From an uncultured Methylophilaceae bacterium (GTDB lineage Bacteria > Pseudomonadota > Gammaproteobacteria > Burkholderiales > Methylophilaceae): DNA of 64,000 nt. The first letter of the stretch is position 1. Each line of letters starts with the position of its first letter. Shown one piece after another: positions 9,762 to 19,017 of this stretch. Position numbers and translations under genes: made by a program. Location: positions 3,628-67,627 of the forward strand of contig CAZUGV010000008.1 in NCBI GenBank assembly GCA_964620425.1. The letters are read 5' to 3'. The notes beneath the pieces were generated by a model. The model did no database searches, was not told the origin of the DNA, and saw only the letters and a program-made list of their open reading frames with translations.

Positions 9762-10939
9762 ATGCAGATTTAATCAATCACCAAGGTAATGTCATTGTGG
9801 GTGGAGGGCCTGTGGGCGCGACACTTGCATTGGCATTGGCTCAAAAAGGCGTTGCGGCAACACTTTTGGAGGCGCGTGCCAAAGGCGTTGGCTACCCCGA
9901 TGGACGTGCGTTAGCTTTGTCTTACGGCACAAAAATGATTTTGGAGCGCTTAGGCGTGTGGGATGCTCTCGTGCCTAAAGTTACAGCTATCAACACCATT
10001 CACGTCTCGCAAAAGGGCAGCTTGGGTCGTTCTGTATTAAAAGCGCATGAGCATGATTTACCTTCGCTCGGCTATGTGGTTTCTTATGGTGTGTTAAGTG
10101 CTGCTTTGGATGAGGCTTTGCTGAAGCATGCTGAGATTGAAATTCTGTACCAAGCTGAGGTAACCTCAATTGAGCCACAGCTAGAATTTGCCCATATCCA
10201 TTACCAATCGCGAGGCAATACTTACAAGCTCCAAGCGCAACTTGCAGCATTGGCCGATGGCGGACGCAGCTTAAATGATATTGCGGGTTTAAAGCGCGAG
10301 GTGAAAGAATATGGCGATGATGCGCTGGTCGCCAAAGTAAAAACTGAGCTGGCGCATAACAATATTGCCTACGAGCGTTTTACTGCACAAGGTCCCATGG
10401 CTTTACTACCCAATGGTGAAGAATTTTCGTTGGTTTGGACAGGTAAATCCGCAGAAATTCAGCCGTTGTTGGCTTTGGATGATGCCACCTTTTTAGCGCA
10501 ACTTCATAGCCATTTTGGTGACCGTGTGGGCAAGTTTACCCATGTGGGCAAACGCATGACATTTCCACTCAAGTTGGCAACGCTGAGCGCTGCAACCGCA
10601 CCGCATCTTGCGGTGATTGGCAATGCCGCGCAAACGATGCATCCCGTGGCGGGGCAGGGCTTTAATGTAGGCTTGCGTGATGCCTTTGAATTGGGGCAAC
10701 AAATTGTGGCGACGCATCCAGCCGATTATGGCAGTGCGCAAATGCTCAAAGCCTATCAGCAAGGCAGACAAACCGATACCAAGCGTGGTTTGTTATTTAC
10801 CGATTTTTTAGTCAATGTGTTCTCGAATGATATTGTAGGTTTATCCACGTTGCGTGGGGTTGGCTTAGGCTTGTTTGACTTAGCTAAACCTCTGAAACGC
10901 AAACTCGTCAACAAAATGAGTTTTGGCAGCCATGGCTAA
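9758..10939 (+). CDS. ubiH: FAD-dependent ubiquinone biosynthesis hydroxylase (UbiH-like)
   Basis: 393 aa with an ATGA overlap with pepP. N-terminal GGGPVG dinucleotide fold and the motif GNAAQTMHPVAGQGFNVGLRD typical of the UbiH/UbiF/VisC/COQ6 family. Confidence 0.85.
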   Translation: MNADLINHQGNVIVGGGPVGATLALALAQKGVAATLLEARAKGVGYPDGRALALSYGTKMILERLGVWDALVPKVTAINTIHVSQKGSLGRSVLKAHEHDLPSLGYVVSYGVLSAALDEALLKHAEIEILYQAEVTSIEPQLEFAHIHYQSRGNTYKLQAQLAALADGGRSLNDIAGLKREVKEYGDDALVAKVKTELAHNNIAYERFTAQGPMALLPNGEEFSLVWTGKSAEIQPLLALDDATFLAQLHSHFGDRVGKFTHVGKRMTFPLKLATLSAATAPHLAVIGNAAQTMHPVAGQGFNVGLRDAFELGQQIVATHPADYGSAQMLKAYQQGRQTDTKRGLLFTDFLVNVFSNDIVGLSTLRGVGLGLFDLAKPLKRKLVNKMSFGSHG

Positions 10940-12098
10940 TTTAAGTTTTGATATTGTGATTGTAGGTGCAGGCTTAGTCGGTGCAGTGGCGGCGGTCGCA
11001 CTGGCCGAACAAGGATATTCCGTTGCCATCGTCGATAGAAAAGTCCCCGTTTTTAATGACAACCCAGCCGAATGGGATAGTCGCATCTACGCCATCAGCC
11101 CTGGTAATGTGGCGTGGTTGAAAAAATTAGAGGTTTGGCCGTTGGTCGATACCACACGCTTATGCGACATCGACCAAATGCAAGTGTGGGGTGACGATAC
11201 AGCGCAGCCGCTCATTTTTGATGCCTATGCAAGTAATGCCGCAAACTTGGGGGTGATTGTAGAAAGCCAACAAATTCACCAAGCGCTCTGGCAGCGATTG
11301 CAAGCCTTGGATGTGCATACGCAGTTTGGCATTGAGTGCGAAAAATTAGCGCAATTACCAGAAAAAGCTATTTTGCATTTAGCCGACGGAACCGAGTTGC
11401 ACGCCGAGTTGGTGATTGGGGCAGATAGCGGCAACTCATGGGTACGTGCGCAAGCGGGTATTGGCGTGCAAGTGCATCAATATGCGCAACAAGCGGTAGT
11501 CGCAAACTTTACCACTGCTTTGCCACACGGCAAGATCGCAAGGCAATGGTTTAGGGGTAACGACATCATGGCGTATTTGCCGATGGCGGAAAATCGTATG
11601 TCCATTGTTTGGTCAACGCCGCAAGCTGAGCAATTACTGAGTTTGCCAGAAGCTCAGTTTGTTGAAGCAGTAGCGCAAGCTGGTCAACATTGTTTGGGGG
11701 AATTAAGTTTATTAACACCCGCCGCAAAATTCACTTTAGTGAAACAAAGCGCTGTTAACATGGTGCAAGCTAGACTCGCTTTGATGGGCGATGCTGCACA
11801 CCGCATCCATCCGCTTGCAGGGCAGGGTGTAAATCTTGGCTTTCGAGATGTGATTGGGTTGGTTGAAGCATTAAGTCGGCGTAATCGCTATCAATCTGTG
11901 GGTGATGTTGCTCTTCTCCGCGCCTATGAACGTGCGAGAAAAGCTGACATGCTGAGTTTGGGCAGTTTAACGCATGGTTTGCAGTGGTTGTTTGAAAATG
12001 AGTTGCCCAGTATTAAAAAAATACGTAATGTAGGCATGGAGTTAACGAATCAGCAAGCGTGGCTAAAACGCTTATTGGTGAAACATGCCATTATCTAA
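10923..12098 (+). CDS. UbiH/UbiF/VisC(UbiI)/COQ6-family FAD-dependent hydroxylase, second paralog
   Basis: 391 aa. Motifs VGAGLVG and GDAAHRIHPLAGQGVNLGFRD. Its position corresponds to visC/ubiI in E. coli, but which hydroxylation step it performs cannot be read from the sequence. Confidence 0.8.
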   Translation: MAAMANLSFDIVIVGAGLVGAVAAVALAEQGYSVAIVDRKVPVFNDNPAEWDSRIYAISPGNVAWLKKLEVWPLVDTTRLCDIDQMQVWGDDTAQPLIFDAYASNAANLGVIVESQQIHQALWQRLQALDVHTQFGIECEKLAQLPEKAILHLADGTELHAELVIGADSGNSWVRAQAGIGVQVHQYAQQAVVANFTTALPHGKIARQWFRGNDIMAYLPMAENRMSIVWSTPQAEQLLSLPEAQFVEAVAQAGQHCLGELSLLTPAAKFTLVKQSAVNMVQARLALMGDAAHRIHPLAGQGVNLGFRDVIGLVEALSRRNRYQSVGDVALLRAYERARKADMLSLGSLTHGLQWLFENELPSIKKIRNVGMELTNQQAWLKRLLVKHAII

Positions 12099-12137
12099 AT
12101 CACAGTTTTTTGTTTGAATTTATTAAGAAAGCTATAT

Positions 12138-12860
12138 ATGTTTAAAAGAATCGTAGTCGGTTTGTTAGGTTTGTTATTGAGTAGCGCTTGTACAGCTGAT
12201 GAGGCGTCATTACGCAAAGCGATTACAGACACCTACCCAAAAGCAGAAGTAAAAAGCATAGTTAAAACCAACTATGCTGGTTTATATGAAGTGTTTATTG
12301 GCGGTCAAATTATTTATACCGATGAGAAGTTCAGCTTTTTAATCGCTGAAGGGCATATGGTAGACCCCAAAACAAAACGCGATCTTACTGGTGAGCGAAT
12401 GGAAGAGTTGAGCAAAATTGATTTCTCAGTATTGCCACTTAAAGATGCAGTTAAAGTTGTTAAAGGTAACGGTAGTCGTACTGTAGTGGTATTTTCTGAC
12501 CCGGATTGCCCTTACTGCAAAAAGTTAGAGCAGAGTGAATTAGCTAATATTGATAATGTAACCATTTACACTTTCCTATACCCACTGACAGATTTGCATC
12601 CAGATGCAGTGAACAAATCTAAAGCGATTTGGTGTGATGCAGATAAAGCGAAAGCTTGGACAAACTGGGTATTAAAAGGAGAGCTCGCCAAGAATGATGC
12701 TAAGTGCGATACACCTTTAGAAAGAAATTTACAGCTTGGTCTTAAAGTGGGTGTAAGTAGCACGCCTACCATGTTTTTTGCGGATGGCCGTCGTATGACA
12801 GGTGCTTATCCAGCTAAAGATATTGAAGCCGCGCTAGAGAAAGTTGCAGCTAAAAAATAA
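12138..12860 (+). CDS. dsbC: thiol:disulfide interchange protein DsbC-like
   Basis: Signal peptide MFKRIVVGLLGLLLSSAC, an N-terminal dimerisation domain and a thioredoxin fold with CPYC. I prefer ATG 12138 over the track's TTG 12114. Confidence 0.85.
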   Translation: MFKRIVVGLLGLLLSSACTADEASLRKAITDTYPKAEVKSIVKTNYAGLYEVFIGGQIIYTDEKFSFLIAEGHMVDPKTKRDLTGERMEELSKIDFSVLPLKDAVKVVKGNGSRTVVVFSDPDCPYCKKLEQSELANIDNVTIYTFLYPLTDLHPDAVNKSKAIWCDADKAKAWTNWVLKGELAKNDAKCDTPLERNLQLGLKVGVSSTPTMFFADGRRMTGAYPAKDIEAALEKVAAKK

Positions 12861-12885
12861 GCTGGTTAGGTTTGATTCATTGAAA

Positions 12886-12915
12886 ATAGCCCAAGGTAAC
12901 TTGGGCTATTTTTTT
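12886..12915 (+). terminator. rho-independent terminator after dsbC
   Basis: atagcccaag-gtaa-cttgggctat forms a 10-bp perfect stem, followed by a T7 run. Confidence 0.85.
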
Positions 12916-13097
12916 GTGAGAAACTGGCTAAAAGAACTTTGGATATAGTTTTTTCGACTTGATTGAGAATGGTTTTTATTGAGATTTATATTTAAATTAA
13001 CCATTAAAATCATATAGATACATTATTTTATTTTGCAATACTTTTTTGTGGATTTCAGTTATCATGGCAACGTCAATGGTAAGCGTGGAGAACAGAA

Positions 13098-13583
13098 ATG
13101 AAAGGTGATAAAAAAATTATTGAGGTGCTGAATGGGTTGCTTGCTGGTGAACTAGCGGCGACTGATCAATACCTAATTCATGGTGAAATGTATGCCGATT
13201 TTGGCTTGCATCATCTTGCAGAAAAAAGCCTACATGAGTCAGAACATGAGCGCAGTCACGCACGTGCCATCATTCAGCGCATCTTGTTTCTTGAAGGCAA
13301 GCCCAATATGGAAAAGCGCACGCCAATTACCATCGGTAAGACGGTGCCTGAGATGATACAAGCGGATTTAGATGTTGAGTACCACGTGGTAGGCGAGCTC
13401 AAAAAAGCCATGGCTTTGTGTGAAAAACTACAAGATTACGTCACTCGTGATATGTTGCTTGTGCAACTGGATGATACAGAAATGGATCACGCGTATTGGT
13501 TAGAGAAACAGCTTGGTTTAATTAAGCTGGTAGGCCTAGCCAACTATCAACAAAGCCAAATGAGTGTTGGCGGCGCAGCTTAA
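13098..13583 (+). CDS. bfr: bacterioferritin subunit, ferroxidase-competent but lacking the haem-ligand Met52
   Basis: 161 aa starting [13 protein letters not shown]18, Y25, E51-x-x-H54, E94 and E128-x-x-H131 are present, but position 52 is Arg. Confidence 0.9.
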   Translation: MKGDKKIIEVLNGLLAGELAATDQYLIHGEMYADFGLHHLAEKSLHESEHERSHARAIIQRILFLEGKPNMEKRTPITIGKTVPEMIQADLDVEYHVVGELKKAMALCEKLQDYVTRDMLLVQLDDTEMDHAYWLEKQLGLIKLVGLANYQQSQMSVGGAA

Positions 13584-13593
13584 GGAGCAAACA

Positions 13594-14070
13594 ATGCAGG
13601 GCGATAAAAAAGTCATAGCACTACTCAATAGCGTACTTAAAAATGAATTAACCTCGATTAATCAATATTTTTTACATGCGCGTATGTTTCGCAATTGGGG
13701 TTTAGAGAAGCTCAACGATTACCAATATAAACAATCCATCCGTGTGATGAAAGAAGCCGATAAAATCATTGAGCGTGTGTTGTTTTTAGAGGGGCTTCCC
13801 AATTTGCAAAATCTTGGCAAGCTACTGATTGGTGAAAATGTAGTGGAATGTCTGAAAGGTGATCTGCAATACGAAAAAGAAATCCAACGCCCGTTATTGA
13901 TTGAAGGAATTGCTTTGTGCGAGACCCTACAAGATTTTGTGTCGCGTGATTTGTTAGAAGAGTTATTAGAGCATTGTGAAGAAGCGATAGATTGGCTAGA
14001 AACACAACAGTCTTTAATTGCTGAAGTAACACTACCTAATTACTTACAAGCCCACATTGAGGCTTCATAA
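13594..14070 (+). CDS. bfr: bacterioferritin subunit, haem-binding type with degenerate ferroxidase centre
   Basis: Start ATG 13594 with AAGGAG 7 nt upstream; the track's 13564 start overlaps the previous gene. [40 protein letters not shown] is canonical Bfr. M52 is present, but E51 is Val, H54 is Glu, and the second ExxH motif is replaced (C128, A131). Confidence 0.9.
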   Translation: MQGDKKVIALLNSVLKNELTSINQYFLHARMFRNWGLEKLNDYQYKQSIRVMKEADKIIERVLFLEGLPNLQNLGKLLIGENVVECLKGDLQYEKEIQRPLLIEGIALCETLQDFVSRDLLEELLEHCEEAIDWLETQQSLIAEVTLPNYLQAHIEAS

Positions 14071-14127
14071 ATCGTTGTTGGCATTGAGAAGCTAAATTAT
14101 TTCAATCATTTAGCTGTGATTTTCAAT

Positions 14128-14169
14128 CAGACAAGGTAGTGCAAAATTATTTGCGCTACCCTGTGTCTG
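14128..14169. terminator. long imperfect hairpin between convergent bfr and bfd (bidirectional terminator candidate)
   Basis: cagacaaggtagtgcaaa ... tttgcgctaccctgtgtctg read as near-complementary arms. Confidence 0.5.
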
Positions 14170-14191
14170 GTTAACAATATTGTTTGATTAA

Positions 14192-14422
14192 CTATATTGT
14201 TAATGCAGTAATCTGAATACTTTTATGCTTGTTTGCCTTACCGCTATTCACTGCCAAAGCTTTTTTGGCGTCACTTAAGCAGTTTTTTGCGCATGTTGAG
14301 CAACGTCCACATTCGCTTGCAACACCCAACTCTTTTTTTAAATCATTGATGTGTTTTGCCCCAGCTTGTACGGCTTGAAAAATTTGTTTTTCAGTGACGG
14401 CTTTACATACGCAAATATACAT
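14192..14422 (-). CDS. bfd: bacterioferritin-associated ferredoxin (Bfd, [2Fe-2S])
   Basis: 76 aa. MYICVCKAVTEKQI...SECGRCSTCAKN gives the C-x-C...C-x2-C Bfd pattern. Adjacent to the bfr genes. Confidence 0.9.
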   Translation of the reverse strand: MYICVCKAVTEKQIFQAVQAGAKHINDLKKELGVASECGRCSTCAKNCLSDAKKALAVNSGKANKHKSIQITALTI

Positions 14423-14452
14423 ATTGGTTCGCTACTATTCCAAATTGGTTTT

Positions 14453-14471
14453 TTTAATGAGAATCATTATC
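14453..14471. promoter_or_regulatory. Fur box upstream of bfd
   Basis: tttaatgagaatcattatc matches the 19-bp Fur consensus GATAATGATAATCATTATC at 16 of 19 positions. It lies 31-49 nt upstream of the bfd ATG. Confidence 0.7.
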
Positions 14472-14976
14472 ATTGTATATGATGTTTGTTGTCAAGAATA
14501 GTTCCTATTTAGATTTATTCTTATGCAAATTTCCGTCACCCCTTAAGCGCAAAAGCCCGTACAAAAGAAAATGTGATTATTAAAGTGTAATGGGTATCCT
14601 AGTTTAACTGCGTAATCGTTTAAAAATTCGTTTGTAAAGTTATGCAGCTATGGTGTATCAAAATACTTCAATCTGTCGCCAATTCAGGTGAACACAAGTT
14701 CAAATGAAATGATAGATTTTCTCATGTTAACCCTCATGAATCCTATGTTTCGCCAATAATTCACTTATAACTGTACTGCTAAATTTTAGCGTATCTGTGT
14801 CTAATAATGGATGATAAAAACCAGTACAGTTGCATCATCAAAATAATTTATTGCTTATCAATTTAAAGCTTTTATCTTCTGTTGCCGTTAAGTTTTATAC
14901 CGTGCATTACAAACGGAAATGAAATTTGGCTGGAAAAAGAAATAAGTGCGTGAAAAATACAAACTCAAGGTTCAAT

Positions 14977-17277
14977 ATGACAGACAATACAAAAGTTGTG
15001 CGACACTACCCACACCCTGCTGCTGGCTGGGGTGCGCTTAAAAATGTGGCGCATCAACTTATTCATCATCGCATTCCCGCTAAAGGCGTTATTACGCTTT
15101 TTTCTCAGAATCAGCCTGATGGTTTCGATTGTCCTGGTTGTGCTTGGCCTGACAAAGAGCACACGTCAACTTTTGAGTTTTGTGAAAATGGTGTCAAGGC
15201 GGTTGCGGCAGAAGCTACTGCTAAACGCGTAACCCCCAGTTTTTTTGAAAAGCATACCGTGACTGAATTAATGGCTTGGAGCGATCATGCGCTTGAAGAT
15301 TCAGGTCGCTTAACCGAGCCAATGCGCTATAACAGTGCTACTGATAAGTATGTCCCCATTACTTGGGATGCCGCATTTAATTTAGTGGCGGAGCAGTTAA
15401 ATGCTTTAAGCAACCCAAATGAAGCCGTGTTTTATACATCGGGTCGCGCTAGTAATGAAGCTGCATTTTTATACCAATTGTTTGGTCGCGAGTTTGGGAC
15501 TAATAACTTTCCTGATTGTTCCAATATGTGCCATGAATCAACCAGTGTAGGCTTGCCTGAAATGGTTGGGATTGGTAAGGGTTCCGTCACTTTAGAAGAT
15601 TTTGAGCATGCAGATACCTTACTGCTGTTCGGTCACAACCCTGCTACTAACCACCCTCGTATGTTGGGTGAGTTGCGTGAATGCTCACGCCGTGGTGCGC
15701 GTATTGTTTCTATCAATCCTTTAAAAGAGCGTGGTTTAGAAAAGTTTGCCGATCCGCAAAGCCCGCTGGAAATGATTACTTTTGGCGGTACAAAAATCAG
15801 CGAACATTTTGTACAGCCTAAACTAGGCGGTGATTTGGCGCTGGTTAAAGGCATGATTAAGTTCGTGATTGAGTGGGATGACCAAGCAAAATCCACAGGC
15901 GCAGAGCGCGTGGTAGATGTGGATTTCATCAACCAACACACTAGTGATTTTGAGCGTATGGCGCAAGATGCACGCGATGAAGATTGGGCGGTGATTGTTG
16001 AAGAATCTGGCGTATCTAAAGAGCAGATTGAAACCGTTGCACGTATTTATGCGGCTGGTAAGGCGGTTATCTCAACTTGGGGCATGGGTATTACCCAGCA
16101 CAAACATTCTGTTGCCACAGTGCAGATGATTACTAACTTAATGTTGCTACGTGGCAATATTGGCAAGCCTGGTGCGGGATTATGCCCAATGCGCGGTCAC
16201 AGTAATGTGCAAGGTAACCGCACCATTGGTATTTACGAAAAACCATCGCCACAGTTTTTAGATAGCCTTAGTCGCGTGTATGGTTTTGAACCGCCACGTG
16301 AAGATGGGCATGACGTGGTTGATGCGATTCGGGGCATGTTAGATGGTCACGTTAAAGTGTTTATGGCGTTGGGCGGCAATTTCTCTATTGCTACGCCAGA
16401 TACTGACCAAACCTGGAAAGGTTTGCGCCAGTGTGAGTTGACCGTCAACATCACCACCAAACTCAATCGTAGCCATTTGGTGCATGGCAAACACGCCTTA
16501 ATTTTACCGTGTTTAGGTCGCACCGAAGTCGATCAGCAAGCCAGCGGCGCACAAGGGATTACGGTAGAAGATTCCATGAGCATGGTGCATATTTCTTACG
16601 GCATGAACAAACCAGCTTCTCCCCATTTACGTTCTGAGACCAGCATTGTTGCTGGGGTTGCTCACGCCACTCTCAAAAATAGCCGAACACCTTGGTTGTG
16701 GTATGTAGAAGACTACGACCGAATTCGTAGTGACATCGAAAAAGTATTGCCCGATTTTGCGAATTACAATGAACGCATCAAAGTGCCGGGTGGGTTTAGG
16801 TTGCCCGTGCCTTCAAGTGTACGCCTGTGGAAAACCGCAAGCGGCAAAGCTACTTTTATGACGCATGCTGTTCCGCGTGATTTACCTATACATAAAGCGC
16901 GAAAATTGCATGGCGACGAAGTGTTCAACCTCATGACTACGCGTTCACATGATCAATACAACACGACAATTTATGGCATGGATGACCGTTATCGCGGCAT
17001 TTTTGGCGAACGCCGTGTGATATTTATCAACCGTGAAGACATGGCTGCAAAAGGATTAAAAGCTGGTGATTGGGTAGATCTCATCAGTATTTGGGATGAC
17101 GGACTGACACGCCGAGCCAATAAATTTATGTTAGTGGAGTATGACATTCCACGTGGCTGCTTAGGTGGCTATTACCCTGAAACAAACAATTTAGTACCGT
17201 TAGATAGCGTAGCGGATCTTTCGCATACGCCTACGTCAAAATCGGTAGCTGTTAGATTGGAGAAATCACATGCTTAA
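14977..17277 (+). CDS. FdhF/YdeP-family molybdopterin oxidoreductase
   Basis: Start ATG 14977 (AAGG SD). HYPHPAAGWGALKNV..., the Cys cluster FDCPGCAWPD...FCENG, and the overall length (about 766 aa) are typical of the YdeP family. Confidence 0.85.
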   Translation: MTDNTKVVRHYPHPAAGWGALKNVAHQLIHHRIPAKGVITLFSQNQPDGFDCPGCAWPDKEHTSTFEFCENGVKAVAAEATAKRVTPSFFEKHTVTELMAWSDHALEDSGRLTEPMRYNSATDKYVPITWDAAFNLVAEQLNALSNPNEAVFYTSGRASNEAAFLYQLFGREFGTNNFPDCSNMCHESTSVGLPEMVGIGKGSVTLEDFEHADTLLLFGHNPATNHPRMLGELRECSRRGARIVSINPLKERGLEKFADPQSPLEMITFGGTKISEHFVQPKLGGDLALVKGMIKFVIEWDDQAKSTGAERVVDVDFINQHTSDFERMAQDARDEDWAVIVEESGVSKEQIETVARIYAAGKAVISTWGMGITQHKHSVATVQMITNLMLLRGNIGKPGAGLCPMRGHSNVQGNRTIGIYEKPSPQFLDSLSRVYGFEPPREDGHDVVDAIRGMLDGHVKVFMALGGNFSIATPDTDQTWKGLRQCELTVNITTKLNRSHLVHGKHALILPCLGRTEVDQQASGAQGITVEDSMSMVHISYGMNKPASPHLRSETSIVAGVAHATLKNSRTPWLWYVEDYDRIRSDIEKVLPDFANYNERIKVPGGFRLPVPSSVRLWKTASGKATFMTHAVPRDLPIHKARKLHGDEVFNLMTTRSHDQYNTTIYGMDDRYRGIFGERRVIFINREDMAAKGLKAGDWVDLISIWDDGLTRRANKFMLVEYDIPRGCLGGYYPETNNLVPLDSVADLSHTPTSKSVAVRLEKSHA

Positions 17278-17548
17278 TAGTGAATTACATCAAATTAACA
17301 CCTACGCACCCAACCCGATTTGGGCGCAAATCTTAGAGCAAATGTTTGCAGAAGCAAAAAAAGGTCGTGCTACTATACCGATGGCCGCACTATGCAAGCG
17401 TTTGGATATTCGCATGAGTTCATTGCAGCGCCACCTAACTGCATTGGCTGAACATGCGCTAGTCGATATGCGCTGCGATGATGCTGGTCGATGGACAACA
17501 TGGTTAACCATCGACGGTATTGAATTTTGTGAGTCTGTGGAAGCTTAG
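17270..17548 (+). CDS. small helix-turn-helix-like protein, translationally coupled to the ydeP-like gene
   Basis: 92 aa. Its ATG overlaps the upstream stop by 8 nt. The segment IPMAALCKRLDIRMSSLQRHLTALAEHALV looks like a winged-HTH recognition unit. No family name recognised. Confidence 0.55.
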   Translation: MLNSELHQINTYAPNPIWAQILEQMFAEAKKGRATIPMAALCKRLDIRMSSLQRHLTALAEHALVDMRCDDAGRWTTWLTIDGIEFCESVEA

Positions 17549-17616
17549 TAAGCAATTGTTGTTAGGTGTTTCATGGTGTTGGATTGTAATGCCAGGTGAT
17601 TGAAGTATAGGCAGAT

Positions 17617-18792
17617 TTACAGTATTGATGAAGAATCAGCCCATGAAAAACCACCTACCCCCGTCATTTTTGCCTTATACATCGCCAAATCTGCGGCCGC
17701 TATTAACTGATCTGCTGCTAGACCTTGCCGCCCAACAGCAAGTCCAATCGAAGCGCCTAATTGGCAAGCGTGTTGGTTAATTAAGAAAGGTTGTTCAAAA
17801 GCCGCTAGGCATTTTTGAGCAACCAACTCAACCGCCTCTTTAATATGCTCACTTACCTCAGAAATAAGAATCACAAATTCGTCACCGCCAACGCGTGCTA
17901 ATGTGTCGCTTGTACGGATTGCTTTGCTCAATCTTTTTGATACCTCGCGCAAAGCGGCATCTCCCGCATCATGCCCCAACTTGTCATTGATTGGCTTAAA
18001 GCCATTCAAATCGATATATAGCACCGCCACTTCTTTTTGATTTTGCTGGTTCATGGCAATAGCCTGTTGCATACGGTGCGCCAATAACATGCGATTAGGA
18101 AGCCCCGTGAGTGGCTCGTGATAGGCGGCATGATTCAACTCCATATTTTGAGTCGAAATTCTAGCGTTGGCTTCGCTGAGTGAGTGGATGAGGTCTTCTT
18201 TCTCGAATGTGGTACGACTGCTTTTGCGAAGAGATTTATTGAATTGCAGTGCAATGCTAATCATCAATCCAAAAAAGATTGCGCTGTACACGCCAAGTAT
18301 CATGTTCACTGTGCCACCGCTGAGGATAAACACAACAATCATAGGAATGATGGCTGGGATAGCAAAAGCAAAAAACGCCGGTATAAAACTACCCAAGGTC
18401 AAAATCCCGCCCATGACCATTGCCAAACTGGAAGTTGTGACGATAATGACAGTGGTGTGAGGTGCATCTATCATCAGTAACGAGGCAGCGCCCCAAGCAA
18501 TGCCAGATAGCGCTGAGGTCAGCGAATACTGTATTGCTGATTTCGGCTCATAGCCAATCGTTTTTAGTTTTTGTTTTGCTCGGAAGGTTAACCATGTACG
18601 AATTGCAATGGTGATATAAACTAATTCAAGCCAATAGAATAGGAGTGAGTTGGTGCTTGTGGTGGCAAGTGCAATTGTTACAAGAATGCTTCCAAGCGCA
18701 CTGCCAATGAGCGGGATGTGTGAGGTTGAAATAAGTTGTCTAAATAACGTTTCATCAACACGGTTTTCTATATTTATTACTGATTGTTGCAT
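17617..18792 (-). CDS. membrane-anchored diguanylate cyclase (GGDEF domain)
   Basis: 391 aa. About six N-terminal hydrophobic helices, then a GGDEF domain with an intact active site (RVGGDEFVIL) and an RxxD I-site (RTSD) five residues upstream. Confidence 0.9.
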   Translation of the reverse strand: MQQSVINIENRVDETLFRQLISTSHIPLIGSALGSILVTIALATTSTNSLLFYWLELVYITIAIRTWLTFRAKQKLKTIGYEPKSAIQYSLTSALSGIAWGAASLLMIDAPHTTVIIVTTSSLAMVMGGILTLGSFIPAFFAFAIPAIIPMIVVFILSGGTVNMILGVYSAIFFGLMISIALQFNKSLRKSSRTTFEKEDLIHSLSEANARISTQNMELNHAAYHEPLTGLPNRMLLAHRMQQAIAMNQQNQKEVAVLYIDLNGFKPINDKLGHDAGDAALREVSKRLSKAIRTSDTLARVGGDEFVILISEVSEHIKEAVELVAQKCLAAFEQPFLINQHACQLGASIGLAVGRQGLAADQLIAAADLAMYKAKMTGVGGFSWADSSSIL

Positions 18793-19017
18793 ACATTTAA
18801 TAGTGTTAAATTCGTTAACCCATTCTAGGGCATGGTGGTTTTTAGGTAAAGCCTTAAAAACTGTCGCTTGAACTATCGCGATGTTTTATGTGGCTGTGTG
18901 ATGTTAAGACGTTTATATATTGCGCTATAGTTAACCCTGAAACTGCATTAAAATAACTGTACTGTATTTTTAGATATTCCTCATTTCTAGATTCGCTACA
19001 GATTTTAAGGCACTTAC

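Noticed and set aside
12961-12990. A possible Fur box upstream of the first bfr gene (gattgagaatggtttttattgagatttata).
   Set aside because: It has only loose AT-rich resemblance to the 19-bp consensus, far weaker than the 16/19 site upstream of bfd.
18953-18966. The ACTGTACTGTA motif considered as a LexA/SOS box.
   Set aside because: The SOS consensus CTGT-N8-ACAG is not satisfied at this site, nor at 14769-14778.
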